Below are positions 16,401 to 32,734 of a DNA stretch of 64,000 nucleotides, piece after piece. Every line of letters starts with the position of its first letter. The stretch's first letter is position 1. Where the stretch lies: the NCBI GenBank assembly GCA_964016885.1, contig OZ024745.1, positions 9,052,001-9,116,000 on the forward strand. The letters run 5' to 3'. The stretch comes from Eledone cirrhosa (Eukaryota). The notes beneath the pieces are model-generated. The model saw only the letters and a program-made list of their open reading frames with translations, made no database searches and was not told the DNA's origin. Both the position numbers and the translations under genes were made by a program.

Positions 16401-19400
16401 TATAGTTAGTATCAAGTTAGTGTCATCATATGTAATATAGTATCAAGTTAGTGTCATCATATGTAATATAGTGTTAAGTTAGTGTCATCATATGTAATAT
16501 AAGGTCAAGTAAGTGTCATCATATGTAATATAGTTAGTATCATCATATGTAATATAGTTAGTGTCAGGTTAGTGTCATAATATTTAATATAGTTAGTGTC
16601 AAGTTAGTGTCATCATATGTAATATAGTGTCAGGTTAGTGTCATCATATGTAATATAGTGTCAAGTTAGTGTCATCATATGTAATATAGGGTCAAGTTAG
16701 TGTCATCATATGTAATATAGTGTCAAGTTAGTGTCATCATATGTAATATAGTTAGTGTACGGTTAGTGTCATCATATGTAATATAGTTAGTTTGAAGTTA
16801 GTGTCACCATATGTAATATAGTTAGTGTCATCATATGTAATATATTGTCATGTTAGTGTCATCATATGTAATATAGGGTCAAGTTAGTGTCACCATATGT
16901 AATATAGTTAGAGTACGGTTAGTGTCATCATATGTAATATAGTTAGTTTGAAGTTAGTGTCACCATATGTAATATAGTTAGTGTCATCATATGTAATATA
17001 TTGTCAAGTTAGTGTCATCATATGTAATATAGGGTCAAGTTAGTGTCATCTTATGTAATATAGTGTCAAGTTAGTGTCATCATATATAATATAGGGTCAA
17101 GTTAGTGTCATCATATGTAATATAGTGTCAAGTTAGTGTCATCATATGTAATATAGTTAGTGTCAAGTTAGTGCCATCATATGTAATATAGTGTCAAGTT
17201 AGTTTTATCATATGTAATATAGTGTTAAGTTAGCGTCATCATGTGTAATATAGTTAGTGTCAAGTTAGTGTCATCATATGTAATATAGTGTCAAGTTAGT
17301 GTCATCATATGTAATATAGTGTCAAGTTAGTGTCATCATATGTAATATAGTGTCAAGTTAGTGTCATCATATGTAATATAGTTAGTGTCAAGTTAGTGTC
17401 ATCATATGTAATATAGTGTCAAGTTAGTGTCATCATATGTAATATAGTTAGTGTCAAGTTAGTGTCATCATATGTAATATAGTTAGTGTCAAGTTAGTGT
17501 CATCATATGTAATATAGTTAGTGTCAAGTTAGTGTCATCATATGTAATATAGTGTCAAGTTAGTGTCATCATATGTAATATAGAGTCAAGTTAGTGTCAT
17601 CATATGTAATATAGTGTCAAGTTAGTGTCATCATATGTAATATAGTGTCAAGTTAGTGTCACCATATGTAATATAGTGTCAAGTTAGTGTCATAATATGT
17701 AATATAGTTAGTGCCAAGTTAATGTCACCATATGTAATATAGTTAGTGTCAAGTTAGTGTCACCATATGTAATATAGTGTCAAGTTAGTGTCATCATATG
17801 TAATATAGTTAGTGTCAGGTTAGTGTCATCATATGTAATATAGTGTCAAGTTAGTGTCATCATATGTAATATAGTGTCAAGTTAGTGTCATCATATGTAA
17901 TATAGTGTCAAGTAAGTGTCATCATATTTAATATAGTTAGTGTCAAGTTAGTGTCATCATACGTAATATAGTTAGTGTCAAGTTAGTGTCATCATATGTA
18001 ATATAGTGTCAAGTTAGTGTCATCATATGTAATATAGTGTCAAGTTAGTGTCATCATATGTAATATAGTGACAAGTTAGTGTCATCATATGTAATATAGT
18101 TAGTGTCATCATACGTAATATAGTGTCAAGTTAGTGTCATCATATGTAATATAGTGTCAAGTTAGTGTCATGATATGTAATATAGTGTCAAGTTAGTGTC
18201 ATCATATGTAATATGGTGTCAAGTTACTGTCATCATATGTAATATAGTGTCAGGTTAGTGTCATCATATGTAATATGAGTAGTATCAAGTTAGTGTCATC
18301 ATATGTAATATAGTGTCAAGTTAGTGTCATCATATGTAATATAGTGTCAAGTTAGTGTCATCATATGTAATATAGTGTCAAGTTAGTGTCATCATATGTA
18401 ATATAGTGTCAAGTTAGTGTCACCATATGTAATATAGTGTCAAGTTAGTGTCATCATATGTAATATAGTGTCAAGTTAGTGTCACTATATGTAATATAGT
18501 ATCAAGTTAGTGCCACCTTATGTAATATAGTGTCAAGTTAGTGTCATCATATGTAATATATTGTCAAGTTAGTGTCATCATATGTAATATAGTGTCAAGT
18601 TAGTGTCACCATATGTAATATAGTGTCAAGTTAGTGTCATCATATGTAATATAGTGTCAATTAGTGTCATCATATGTAATATAGTGTCAAGTTAGTGTCA
18701 TCATATGTAATATAGTGTCAAGTTGGTGTCATCATATGTAATATAGTGTCACGTTAGTGTCATCATATGTAATATAGTGTCAAGTTAGTGTCATCATATG
18801 TAATATAGTGTCAAGTTAGTGTCATCATATGTAATACAGTTAGTGTCAAGTTAGTGCCATCATATGTAATATAGTGTCAAGTTAGTGTCATCATATGTAA
18901 TATAGTTAGTGTCAAGTTAGTGTCATCATATTTAATATAGTTAGTGTCAAGTTAGTGTCATCATATGTAATATAGTGTCAAGTTAGTGTCATCATATGTA
19001 ATATAGTTAGTGTTATCATATGTAATATATTTAGTGTCATCATATGTTATATAGTTAGTGTCATCATATGTAATATAGTATCAAGTTAGTTTCATCATGT
19101 GTAATATAGTGTCAAGTTAGAGACATCATATGTAATATAGTTAGTGTCATCATATGTAATATAGTGTCAAGTTAATGTCATCATATGTAATATAGTGTCA
19201 AGTTGGTGTCATCATATGTAATATAGTGTCAAGTTAGTGTCATCATATGTAATATAGTGTCAAGTTAGTGTCATCATATGTAATATAGTGTCAAGTTAGT
19301 GTCATCATATGTAATACAGTTAGTGTCAAGTTAGTGCCATCATATGTAATATAGTGTCAAGTTAGTGTCATCATATGTAATATAGTTAGTGTCAAGTTAG

Positions 19401-22197
19401 TGTCATCATATGTAATATAGTGTCAAGTTAGTGTCATCATATGTAATATAGTGTCAAGTTAGTGTCACCATATGTAATATAGTGTCAAGTTAGTGTCATC
19501 ATATGTAATATAGTGTCAAGTTAGTGTCACTATATGTAATATAGTATGAAGTTAGTGTCACCATATGTAATATAGTGTCAAGTTAGTGTCATCATATGTA
19601 ATATAGTGTCAAGTTAGTGTCATCATATGTAATATAGTTTCAAGTTAGTGTCATCATATGTAATATAGTGTCAAATTAGTGTCACCATATGTAATATAGT
19701 GTCAAGTTAGTGTCATCATATGTAATATAGTGTCAGGTTAGTGTCATCATATGTAATATAGTGTTAAGTTAGTGTCATCATATGTAATATAGTGTCAAGT
19801 TAGTGTCATCATATGTAATATAGTTAGTGTCAAGTTAGTGTCATCATATGTAATATAGTGTCAAGTTAGTGTCATCATATGTAATATAGTTAGTGTTATC
19901 ATATGTAATATATTTAGTGTCATCATATGTTATATAGTTAGTATCAAGTTAGTGTCATCATATGTAATATAGTATCAAGTTAGTGTCATCATATGTAATA
20001 TAGTGTTAAGTTAGTGTCATCATATGTAATATAAGGTCAAGTAAGTGTCATCATATGTAATATAGTTAGTATCATCATATGTAATATAGTTAGTGTCAGG
20101 TTAGTGTCATAATATTTAATATAGTTAGTGTCAAGTTAGTGTCATCATATGTAATATAGTGTCAGGTTAGTGTCATCATATGTAATATAGTGTCAAGTTA
20201 GTGTCATCATATGTAATATAGGGTCAAGTTAGTGTCATCATATGTAATATAGTGTCAAGTTAGTGTCATCATATGTAATATAGTTAGTGTACGGTTAGTG
20301 TCATCATATGTAATATAGTTAGTTTGAAGTTAGTGTCACCATATGTAATATAGTTAGTGTCATCATATGTAATATATTGTCAAGTTAGTGTCATCATATG
20401 TAATATAGGGTCAAGTTAGTGTCACCATATGTAATATAGTTAGTGTACGGTTAGTGTCATCATATGTAATATATTGTCAAGTTAGTGTCATCATATGTAA
20501 TATAGGGTCAAGTTAGTGTCATCTTATGTAATATAGTGTCAAGTTAGTGTCATCATATATAATATAGGGTCAAGTTAGTGTCATCATATGTAATATAGTG
20601 TCAAGTTAGTGTCATCATATGTAATATAGTTAGTGTCAAGTTAGTGCCATCATATGTAATATAGTGTCAAGTTAGTTTTATCATATGTAATATAGTGTTA
20701 AGTTAGCGTCATCATGTGTAATATAGTTAGTGTCAAGTTAGTGTCATCATATGTAATATAGTGTCAAGTTAGTGTCATCATATGTAATATAGTGTCAAGT
20801 TAGTGTCATCATATGTAATATAGTGTCAAGTTAGTGTCATCATATGTAATATAGTTAGTGTCAAGTTAGTGTCATCATATGTAATATAGTGTCAAGTTAG
20901 TGTCATCATATGTAATATAGTTAGTGTCAAGTTAGTGTCATCATATGTAATATAGTTAGTGTCAAGTTAGTGTCATCATATGTAATATAGTTAGTGTCAA
21001 GTTAGTGTCATCATATGTAATATAGTGTCAAGTTAGTGTCATCATATGTAATATAGAGTCAAGTTAGTGTCATCATATGTAATATAGTGTCAAGTTAGTG
21101 TCATCATATGTAATATAGTGTCAAGTTAGTGTCATCATATGTAATATAGTTAGTGTCAGGTTAGTGTCATCATATGTAATATAGTCTCAAGTTAGTGTCA
21201 TCATATGTAATATAGTTAGTGTCAAGTTAGTGTCACCATATGTATTATAGTGTCAAGTTAGTGCCATCATATGTAATATAGTGTCAAGTTAGTTTTATCA
21301 TATGTAATATAGTGTTAAGTTAGCGTCATCATGTGTAATATAGTTAGTGTCAAGTTAGTGTCATCATATGTAATATAGTGTCAAGTTAGTGTCATCATAT
21401 GTAATATAGTGTCAAGTTAGTGTCATCATATGTAATATAGTGTCAAGTTAGTGTCATCATATGTAATATAGTTAGTGTCAAGTTAGTGTCATCATATGTA
21501 ATATAGTGTCAAGTTAGTGTCATCATATGTAATATAGTTAGTGTCAAGTTAGTGTCATCATATGTAATATAGTTAGTGTCAAGTTAGTGTCATCATATGT
21601 AATATAGTTAGTGTCAAGTTAGTGTCATCATATGTAATATAGTTAGTGTCAAGTTAGTGTCATCATATGTAATATATTGTCAAGTTAGTGTCATCATATG
21701 TAATATAGAGTCAAGTTAGTGTCATCATATGTAATATAGTGTCAAGTTAGTGTCATCATATGTAATATAGTGTCAAGTTAGTGTCATCATATGTAATATA
21801 GTTAGTGTCAGGTTAGTGTCATCATATGTAATATAGTGTCAAGTTAGTGTCATCATATGTAATATAGTTAGTGTCAGGTTAGTGTCATCATATGTAACAT
21901 AGTGTCAAGTTAGTGTCATCATATGTAATATAGTGTCAAGTTAGTGTCATCATATGTAATATAGTTAGTGTCAGGTTAGTGTCATCATATGTAATATAGT
22001 CTCAAGTTAGTGTCATCATATGTAATATAGTTAGTGTCAAGTTAGTATCACCATATGTATTATAGTGTCAAGTTAGTGTCATCATATGTAATATAGTTAG
22101 TGTCAGGTTAGTGTCATCATATTTAATATTGTTAGTGTCAAGTTAGTGTCATCATATGTAATATAGTGTCAAGTTAGTGTCATCATATGTAATATAG

Positions 22198-22758
<561 letters not shown>

Positions 22759-22950
22759 AAACAAGAGCAGTTAAAACGGATTATGTCATAATATATTCCC
22801 GTTTTAACTACTCTTAGTTGACAATTACTCCGCCACTCCTAATCCCTATCACTTACCTGGAATAACTGGAAAATTATAATAAATTGAAGTGAAAACAACA
22901 GTTGCGTGTGATTTATCGGCAACATGACCCTACCAAAGTATAACAATATA
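22759..22950 (+). mobile_element. 3' terminal (pLTR) fragment related to the Nematis-like PLE at 32.9-35.2 kb
   Basis: ATAATAAATTGAAGTGAAA...GGCAACATGACCCTACCAAAGTATAACAATAT aligns with the reverse complement of 32932-33010; 17-bp inverted repeat at its 5' end (22763-22779/22799-22815); ends in (TA)n. Confidence 0.75.
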
Positions 22951-23006
22951 TATATGTGTGTGTGTATATATATATATATATCTATGTGTATACATATATA
23001 CATATG

Positions 23007-23064
<58 letters not shown>

Positions 23065-23191
23065 CATATGTATATATGTATACACATAGATATATATATG
23101 TATACATATATACATATGATTACATATATATATATATATATGTATGAATGTATGTATATATATATACATATATATATATGTATGTATATGT

Positions 23192-24815
23192 ATAGGCAGA
23201 CTATCATTGAATTGAACGGAGCTCTCTGGACTAGAAAAGATAGAACAGACAACTTTGACATTACGATGGGCTCAAGTGACTCAGCGCAAATCACTGATTT
23301 AGTCGGGATATACCTATTACGTAACATCAGAGCCGAAATCCCACCCATGCAAGGCGGAATATACAGGGACGACGCCCTATTTGCGGTCCACAATTGCACT
23401 AATCGGGGAATCGATTTGCTAAAGAAACAATTACATAGATTCTTCAAAAATAACGGTCTCTCTATCACCATCGAGCTGAACCATAAAGTAGTAAACTTCC
23501 TAGACGTCACCCTTGATCTCAACAATAACCTTTATAACCCTTACCATAAACCAGGTGAAATACTCACATATATTAGCCCACACTCTAACCACCCACCGGC
23601 AGTCATCAGAGCAGTAATCAAATCTATCTCCTATAGGATCTCAACGCTATCACCAAATGAAGAGATATTTATAAACCACGCACAATATTATAATAAGGCT
23701 CTCTCTGAATCTGGCTATAAACAATCAATTTATTACATACCTAAATGCCATAACACAGCAACTCACCATAATAAACTTAACACTAGAACTAGAAATACCT
23801 TAGCATATAGCCAGATTCGCCGGAATTTTAGCAGTAATAGCACCTATACAGGGAACTTTAATGGTGGCAGCGGCCTGCTCCCCACTCCAAGTAGCAAACT
23901 AAAAATCAACCCTAGAATAGGAATGAGAAATGGGATGACAAATAACAAATCCCCAGGTAATAATAACCCTAGGAAGGCCCCTACCAACTCCACTAGAACC
24001 CCTAGAAGGAATAGACCTAGAAATATCACCTGGCTCAACCCACCATTCTCATCTAATCTAGCCACTAATATCCCCAAACGCTTCTTCTCTATCCTATCCA
24101 AACACTCCCCCCCCCCCAACCATAGATATTACAAACTCTTTAATAAAGATAACATTAAATCTCATTCTCCACAACACCTAACCTAGCTAGCCACATCGCG
24201 TTCAGTAACCATCATAAGCTAAGACGGTATAACTCCCACACCGCGGTACCACCACCCCTATCAAATACACCACGCCACTACACCAATAATTACTCTAGTA
24301 GCACACCTCCCCCATCTAATCCTTCTAGCACGGACCTACCGCTGAGGTTAAACAACTCTACTCTCACTAACCGCAGAAGCAACTGCAACTGCCGTTACCC
24401 CAATGCATGCCCATTAAATGGACACTGCCTGACACCCAATATAGTCTATAGGTGCACGGTTGAGACTGCTTCGAATACCAGCTCTTATATCGGGTCTACC
24501 TCTAATCCTTTTAAGGTACGCTATAACGCGCACTCTTTTTCCTTCCGAGACCCTAGCAACAGATGTTCGACATCGCTAGCTAGGCTCATTAAAAACCTTA
24601 AATTAAACAACGTTCAACACTCACTAAAATGGGATATCATGGCTAGGGCCCAACCGTTCAATGGACGAAGAAAATCTTGTGATCTCTGTGTTACGGAAGC
24701 ATATTACATAACTCTATCACGATCTCTACCGATTAACGATAGAACGGAGGTAACCATTAGCTGTCAACATCGAAGGGCTAATTCCTTCGCCAATAGAGTT
24801 TTTGACCCAACTTAG
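23192..24815 (+). pseudogene. Disrupted PLE RT/GIY-YIG ORF
   Basis: ORF-track entry 23068-24186 (its first ~40 aa are microsatellite) continues in another frame as ...[10 protein letters not shown]...FDPT*. Confidence 0.9.
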
Positions 24816-25189
24816 TCATGTAGCCCCATTTCTACTTGTAGCTAATAAGTTAAATCGCTATGAACAACTCGATAATTATAAGTTACCTCCCCTACATTGT
24901 CTCTTAATTAAAAAATTTAAAAACTACCACTTAACTATAAATACTCACAATCTCTAATCTCTCGAGAAGTTACTTCCCCTGAAACCACCCTCTAATTAGT
25001 AAGGTAAATATGCCCTTTGGCAGCCATCTTGTTACCCATAGGCAGATCTCACACAATGCAGCCTCGACAGATGAATACTGCTTGATTATGGCTGACAGCT
25101 GATGCAACCAAGACACCATAGTAAAAACCAATATATGGAACATTATATTATGTAACATTATCCCATTATTTTAATTTATATTCCTTTGA

Positions 25190-25309
25190 GTTCCGATGAG
25201 CCACTCTGTTTTTTAAATATGTTAATTATTTTCAACTGAACCAGATCAATTATGATATATAGTCATCTGATCCAGAAATATTATATGGAGTAGCGAAACA
25301 ATTGTAAAC
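25190..25309 (+). ncRNA. Type I hammerhead ribozyme, extended stem II, CCGAUGA core
   Basis: GTT-CCGATGA-GCCACTCTGT...ATGGAGTAGC-GAAAC-AATT-GTA-AAC; the stem II domain is 95 nt; located in the PLE 3' UTR. Confidence 0.72.
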
Positions 25310-25460
25310 GGACATTATTATTATTAATATTATTATTATTATTCTCTACATTCCTTACATCAAACTAAAATATGTTGACAATCTTTTAATAATGTCTTCC
25401 TTGTGAAGTTTGTGGTCTTGTTTTGCTTAACTAATGAATATATATGTATATATATATGTA

Positions 25461-25514
<54 letters not shown>

Positions 25515-25573
25515 CATATATATACATATATATATGTATGTATATATATATATATGCATATATATATATATCC

Positions 25574-25605
<32 letters not shown>

Positions 25606-25607
<2 letters not shown>

Positions 25608-25953
25608 GATAACAAGTTATCGTTATAGGTAATCCAGTTAAAGGTTTTGAGTGCTCCGTGTCGTGGATAGTTTTAACGTACGGCTTTGTTTGACTCAACA
25701 AGAGGTTTCCATAGTTATGTAGAGAGTTGGCGAGAATTCCTATGCAGGTTATTCTTGGAGTAATAGTAGTGAAAGATTGAAGAATAACATGGTCGGCTGT
25801 ACAAGGGGCTTTATTTCAAGTATTAACAATTGTTTCATTGATCAGGTGAGTCTAGAGGCCGCTAACCACTCGAAGTTGCGTCACTCGACCTTCAATACAA
25901 TATTTACCTCTGATCAAATCCTCAGAATACTAGAGAACTCACATGTGGCATGG
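25606..25953 (-). mobile_element. Solo PLE pLTR fragment between (TA)n tracts
   Basis: Contains an HHR followed by AATAAA on the minus strand (TTTATT at 25810-25815); non-coding. Confidence 0.65.
25819..25931 (-). ncRNA. Type I hammerhead ribozyme, extended stem II
   Basis: Minus strand: AGTATT-CTGAGGA-T TTGATCAG...CTGATCAA T-GAAAC-AATT-GTT-AATACT; 6-bp stem I and an 82-nt stem II domain. Confidence 0.85.
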
Positions 25954-26174
25954 TATATATAGATACAGCGTAGAATCAAAACAATAACATCAATAATAAA
26001 ATATAATGATAAATAGGTAAAGAAGTTACAGATGTAAAAAGTAAAAAAAGTATAAAGATAAAGAAATAAAAAATAAGTATATAAGTACAGAATACGCTAG
26101 TTGATAATAGTGGTGGTGGTGAGTAAGTGTATAAGGATGTGGGGGTGGAGGTAGTACTAACATATATATATATA

Positions 26175-26824
26175 CAGAGTGGCCCCAAAGTCACACAGGG
26201 TTCGCAGCTGTCACCGAGCCACGCACCCAAGTTGTGAAATACTTCTACCAAATTCAGCGGTCAATAATTCAGACCTGAGAGCATATTGGCGACACTATCA
26301 AGTGAGAGATGCTCCTAGTGACAATGCGATTAAGAAATTGGTTAATCGTTTCGAAGAGCAACGAGCAGTAAGTGATCCCTCACGATCTGGGAGGCCTTGC
26401 ACTGTCAGAGCTGATGAGACAAGGGAAGAAGTTCGAGAGAGTGTCGAGGAAAATCCAGGCCCATCGACTGGAAGGCGGTCAAGACAGCTCGCGATTTCAC
26501 GAACTTCGCTGCAAAGGGTTTTCAGAAGCCTTGACCTTTTTCTATACAAGGTGCAACTGGTTCAACAACTGAAGCCCCAAGACTATCAACAGAGGCTCCA
26601 ATATGCTGTCAGAATCCAGGAATTGGCGAGAAATGACTGAAAATTTTCCCTAAATTTGAAAGATGTAATTTTTCATAAGTAATGTAGAGGTGTGACAAGG
26701 ATTGACGAGTGCAAAATAATTTCCATTATGTCCTTTAAGTTGTATCAAAATTTCATACATCAATCTGTACAATTTAGGAAGTTAATAAAAACTAAAACCC
26801 CTATGTGACGTTTGGGCCACCCTG
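26175..26824 (+). mobile_element. Internally deleted Tc1/mariner DNA transposon
   Basis: Imperfect TIRs CAGAGTGGCCCCAAAGTCACACAGGG / CCCTATGTGACGTTTGGGCCACCCTG with TA flanks; the ORF encodes the transposase N-terminal HTH region (RSGRP...SRTSLQRV...YKVQLVQQL) but no catalytic domain. Confidence 0.9.
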
Positions 26825-27075
26825 TATATATATATATCGGTTGACCGCGAATAGATGGCTGTCGTTTATTTATCCATTATTTCTTCATGGGTGCCTTTTA
26901 ATCTTATAGCCTGGTTTTGTTTTTTTGTGTGGTTGATTATGCTAATTGGGAGAGGAAATGGTGTATATATTTTATCAAATGATTCTATGGACATACTTTA
27001 TAGTATATATATATCTATATATATATAATCCTTATCGAGCCCTCTTCGGATTTTAGTCTTCAAATGTACCATTAC

Positions 27076-27255
<180 letters not shown>

Positions 27256-27261
27256 CATATA

Positions 27262-27838
27262 TAACTTTGACAACTTTGATAGGTTTCAGCCAGTATTGGC
27301 CCAGGCCATGTCTATCCTAATAGCACAAGCTGGTGAAGTTTTTTTAATCGGGATTTGGATACCGTGGTCCGGGATTTCTTGAAGGAATTTATCCAAAGAC
27401 GTCTTGAACTTTATGGGGTCCGTTTCCGTTTTAATTTGTTTTGGTGTAATGTTAAAGAGAGTGGGGCCAATTGATGTGAAATAATTGTGCCGTATTGTTG
27501 TTATGAGATGCGAGTGAGATTTTTGTCGTGGGAGGAGAGCACGGGGCCCAAGCCTTGGGCGTACATTAAAGGTGATGCCAACATCATTTGGGCAAAGCTG
27601 ATGGAATATTTTCCACATCATGCAGATAATGTAGCGCTCACGGCGGCGTTGGAGAGAATAAAGGTTGAGCTTTTCTAATCGACTCCAATAGTCAAGGCAT
27701 GTCATGCCATCTATCTTTTTGTAATTGACCTTTGAGGTGCTTCAACTTTCATGATACTTTGTTTCGAGTGGGGAGACCACAGTGGACAACATTATTCAAG
27801 GTGGGGTCGGGAAAATGTGGAGAAGAGAAGGATAACAG
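27262..27838 (-). mobile_element. CR1-group LINE 3' fragment
   Basis: FSRPHLE.CCPLWSPH, RLEKLNLYSLQRRRERY and [14 protein letters not shown]; the 3' tail with repeated TCAAAGTT is shared with 50491-50682. Confidence 0.85.
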
Positions 27839-27904
27839 TGTGGATATATACAGATATATATACACAGATGTATATATGTATATACACAGATATATATATA
27901 TATA

Positions 27905-28018
<114 letters not shown>

Positions 28019-28037
28019 AATTATAAATATATATATA

Positions 28038-28135
<98 letters not shown>

Positions 28136-28365
28136 CATGCATACATATATGCATATACACTCACACACACATATTCACAATATATTATATATATATACAC
28201 ATGCATACATATAAGCATACACACACACATCCTAAAGTAGAAACAATTATATATACATATATATATAGTTAAATACGTGTGTAAGTGTATATCTATATGT
28301 ATATATTATATGTATATCTATATGTATAACTATATGTATATATTATATGTATATCTATATGTATA

Positions 28366-28890
28366 TCGAAACAAAATGAAAACGAAATTTCATTTCTCAC
28401 TCTTAGTATGGCACTTACTTAAATGTAAGTATGCATGTATACGTACATACATATATGTATACAGACGTACAGTAGCATGCACATATATATATATATACAT
28501 ATATATACATACATATGCATACAGGTACACATACATATATGCACGTATCAGTTTAGCGGCGCTAACGTCGCTTTGTTCGTTTGTAAACAAACTGAACAAC
28601 CTGAATTTATGCCATACGGTGTTAAGGCAACCACGTCACCTTTTTGTTCAACACTGACACAGGAACGATGTACTAGTTTCAAGCTTGTTAGCTATCATCA
28701 GCACCGTTTACCCATCTGCCAGATAGTTGAACGTTCGAAAGTATATACTTTCCTTATGAAAATTAACGGCTGAGCAGCCTAATTTGCATATTGAGTGAGT
28801 TAAATCGGTCAGGCATACCGAAAACGATAAATTGAAACAAAATGAAAACGAAATTTCATTTCTCACTCTTAGTATGGCACTTACTTAAAT
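28366..28890. repeat. Non-coding segment bounded by ~58-bp direct repeats (pLTR-like)
   Basis: GAAACAAAATGAAAACGAAATTTCATT.TCACTCTTAGTATGGCACTTACTTAAATG at about 28367 and 28834; 28435-28553 matches the reverse complement of 46460-46550. Confidence 0.65.
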
Positions 28891-29000
28891 GCATACTTAC
28901 ATATATGTATATCTATATGTATATATTATATGTATATACTATATGTATATACTATATGTATATACTATATGTATATACTATATGTATATATTTACATATC

Positions 29001-29143
29001 ATTTTATATAGAAATAACTTCTACAGAATTAAAACTGATTCTTTCGTAGAAGTTATTTCTATATAAAATATTTTCAATGCCTATATTCTACCAATGTATT
29101 GAGTACCTTTTCAACTGCGTTTACCCACTGACACAACTCGAAA

Positions 29144-29145
<2 letters not shown>
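29001..29145 (+). mobile_element. pLTR tail fragment with 5' fold-back
   Basis: Perfect 24-bp inverted repeat 29001-29024/29046-29069; GTATTGAGTAC motif shared with the 30.9, 50.7 and 54.9 kb fragments. Confidence 0.65.
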
Positions 29146-29191
<46 letters not shown>

Positions 29192-29271
29192 CCATCTATC
29201 TACCTGTCTATCTATCTATCTATATATATATATATAATAATGCTCTATCCAGTGGTGAACCTCAAACCTGA

Positions 29272-29324
<53 letters not shown>

Positions 29325-29327
<3 letters not shown>

Positions 29328-29452
29328 TATTATTATTAATATTATTATTATTATTCTCTACATTCCTTACATCAAACTAAAATATGTTGACAATCTTTTA
29401 ATAATGTCTTCCTTGTGAAATGTGTGGTCTTGTTTTGCTTAACTAATGAATA
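29325..29452 (+). mobile_element. Second copy of the extreme 3' end of the 23-25 kb PLE
   Basis: Near-identical to about 25315-25440 (CTCTACATTCCTTACATCAAAC...GCTTAACTAATGAATA); preceded by (TA)n. Confidence 0.88.
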
Positions 29453-29513
29453 TAGATAGATAGATATATTTTATCTGTATATAATATATATATGTTATAT
29501 ATATAATATACAT

Positions 29514-30866
<1,353 letters not shown>

Positions 30867-31036
30867 ACAAATTTAATATACAAATTGCTTCTACAGGACG
30901 AGAACTATTTCATCCGAAGGAAATCAACAGTTCTAGTCCCGTAGAAGCAATTTCTATATTAAATTTGTTGTATGCACTCCACTCCACTAACGTATTGAGT
31001 ACCTTACTGTGGTTACCCCCGATTGAACCCGGGACT
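30867..31036 (+). mobile_element. pLTR tail fragment with 40-bp fold-back containing part of a minimal HHR
   Basis: Arms 30867-30906/30929-30968; homologous to 50685-50806. Confidence 0.72.
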
Positions 31037-31051
31037 CACACACACACACAC

Positions 31052-31082
<31 letters not shown>

Positions 31083-31321
31083 GATGTGTGTGTATGTATG
31101 TATTTTTATATATATATATATTGAGAGAGAGAGAGATAGGGAGAGAGTGAATGAGGGGGAGAGTGAAGTGAGGGGAGAGAGAAGTGAGATAGAGAGGGAG
31201 AGAGGTGGGAGAGTGATTTAAAAGTACATTGGTACGAAAATATAGGCCTATGAATACATCTTACATTTTTACTTTAATTTCTCTAGTTTTTATTAACAGA
31301 CATGCATGCAGATAGATAACT

Positions 31322-32435
31322 ATATAGATATGTTTCTTTTATTTGCCACCAGGGCATCAAAAGTGGGACAAGTACAAAGGGGGGAGTTTACAAAACAAGG
31401 CGTCCTGAATAAGGAGGAGGCAATAACAAAATATAAAAATAAAATAAAATATAACAAAATATAAAAATAAAATAAAATATAACAAAAAATAAAATTTATA
31501 ACAAAATCCTCAATAGAGAGGAGGCGCCTTGGGGGGTCGCACACACCCCCGAAAAAAGTGTACAACCCTTCTCCTCAGGAGCACAGAGAGGGGGTGCTCC
31601 CTCGTTCCTTCCTCTTTTCCACCTACAGGCTTATGTAAAGAGAAGGCCCATTCACACGGGCCATTCTTGCCACTTTCACCCATCTTTCATAAAAACGACT
31701 GGGGTGGAGCACCTCTCTCTCCATCCTGATCCTTCTTCCGAAATGATATCGGAAGAAACGGACCAGTTGTTGGCCAGAGAGAAAGGTGCCTGACCTCAGT
31801 CCTTTCAGACGCGTCCACCATACAACTTCTTTCACCATGGCTATTACGCACAGAAACACCGCCTCTCCTTCATCTTTGAAGGGGGGAGGCGGCTTGATTA
31901 TTACAATAGACTCGGTGGTCAACCGGATCGGTCCCACCCTTGACAGCAGTTGTTCGACATAGCCCCACAGATCGGCTACGCCCGAGCAGTGTACCAATGC
32001 GTGTGCAACGGTTTCCTCGTCGCACACGCATCTGGGACAGATCTTTTTGGCGGGGTCCCTACCCGGGCGCCCGTGTCTGTAGAGCTTTTCTCGAACGGGT
32101 AGAGCCCCTCGGTAGCACTGCCAGGCCAGGGACTTCTGGAAGTTGTCCATAGGTCCCGGGCTGAATGTCCTACCGAACAGGCTGGCCAGTTCGTCTTCCT
32201 CCATGTCTAGGGCTTCTCCGAGGGCGTCGTCGCACCTGCTGCGTACCAGCCCTCTATAGAATGTTGCGGTAGAGTCTCCACTGATAACCGGAGCCGCCTG
32301 CCAGAGGGCGGTGAGCGCCTGGGCACACTCAGTGTGCCAGGCGCCCAGTTTTCTCGGTCTTTGCTTGACCCAGGATTGCAGCTCGGTGAGTGAGACGAGT
32401 CTGGGAAAGGTTCGTCTCACAAACGAGGCCCACAC
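31322..32435 (-). mobile_element. L1/Tx1-clade LINE 3' fragment (C-terminal zf-RVT region and 3' UTR)
   Basis: ORF 31623-32435 contains LAWQCYRGALPVREKL...CPRC..DEETVAHALVHC; AATAAA near the 3' end on the minus strand. Confidence 0.88.
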
Positions 32436-32515
32436 CGATAACTATATAGATAGATAGTTGGATAGATAGAGAGGGAGAAAGAGAGGGAGAAAGAGAGGTT
32501 GGTAGCTTGACAAAT

Positions 32516-32548
<33 letters not shown>

Positions 32549-32550
<2 letters not shown>

Positions 32551-32734
32551 ACGAAGGAAATGTGGTAAGGAACCAGGTGGACCATAACGCACCAAAGTAC
32601 TCAATACTTAGGGTAGTAGAGTGGGTAATAGGAACAAGTAAGACCCCGACGGCTGAGCTCAAGCCGTTTCGACGGCTAAGTACAGAATTAGCCGTCGAAA
32701 CGGCTTGAGCTCAGCCGTCGGGGTCTTACTTGTT

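Larger units (their letters stand above)
23192..25440 (+). mobile_element. Penelope-like retroelement, Hydra-clade-like, 5'-truncated (RT + C-terminal GIY-YIG, 3' UTR with HHR)
   Basis: RT motifs FDITMGS, GIYRDD and VNFLDVTL; WLNPPF; after a frameshift near 24160, CNCRYPNAC (CxCx5C), IVY...YIGST, LKW, CDLC and CQH; stop at 24813-24815; flanked by (TA)n on both sides. Confidence 0.93.

Noticed and set aside
28745-28850. CTTATGA...GAAAC as a decayed extended HHR
   Set aside because: The core is mutated and there is no stem III or UH site.
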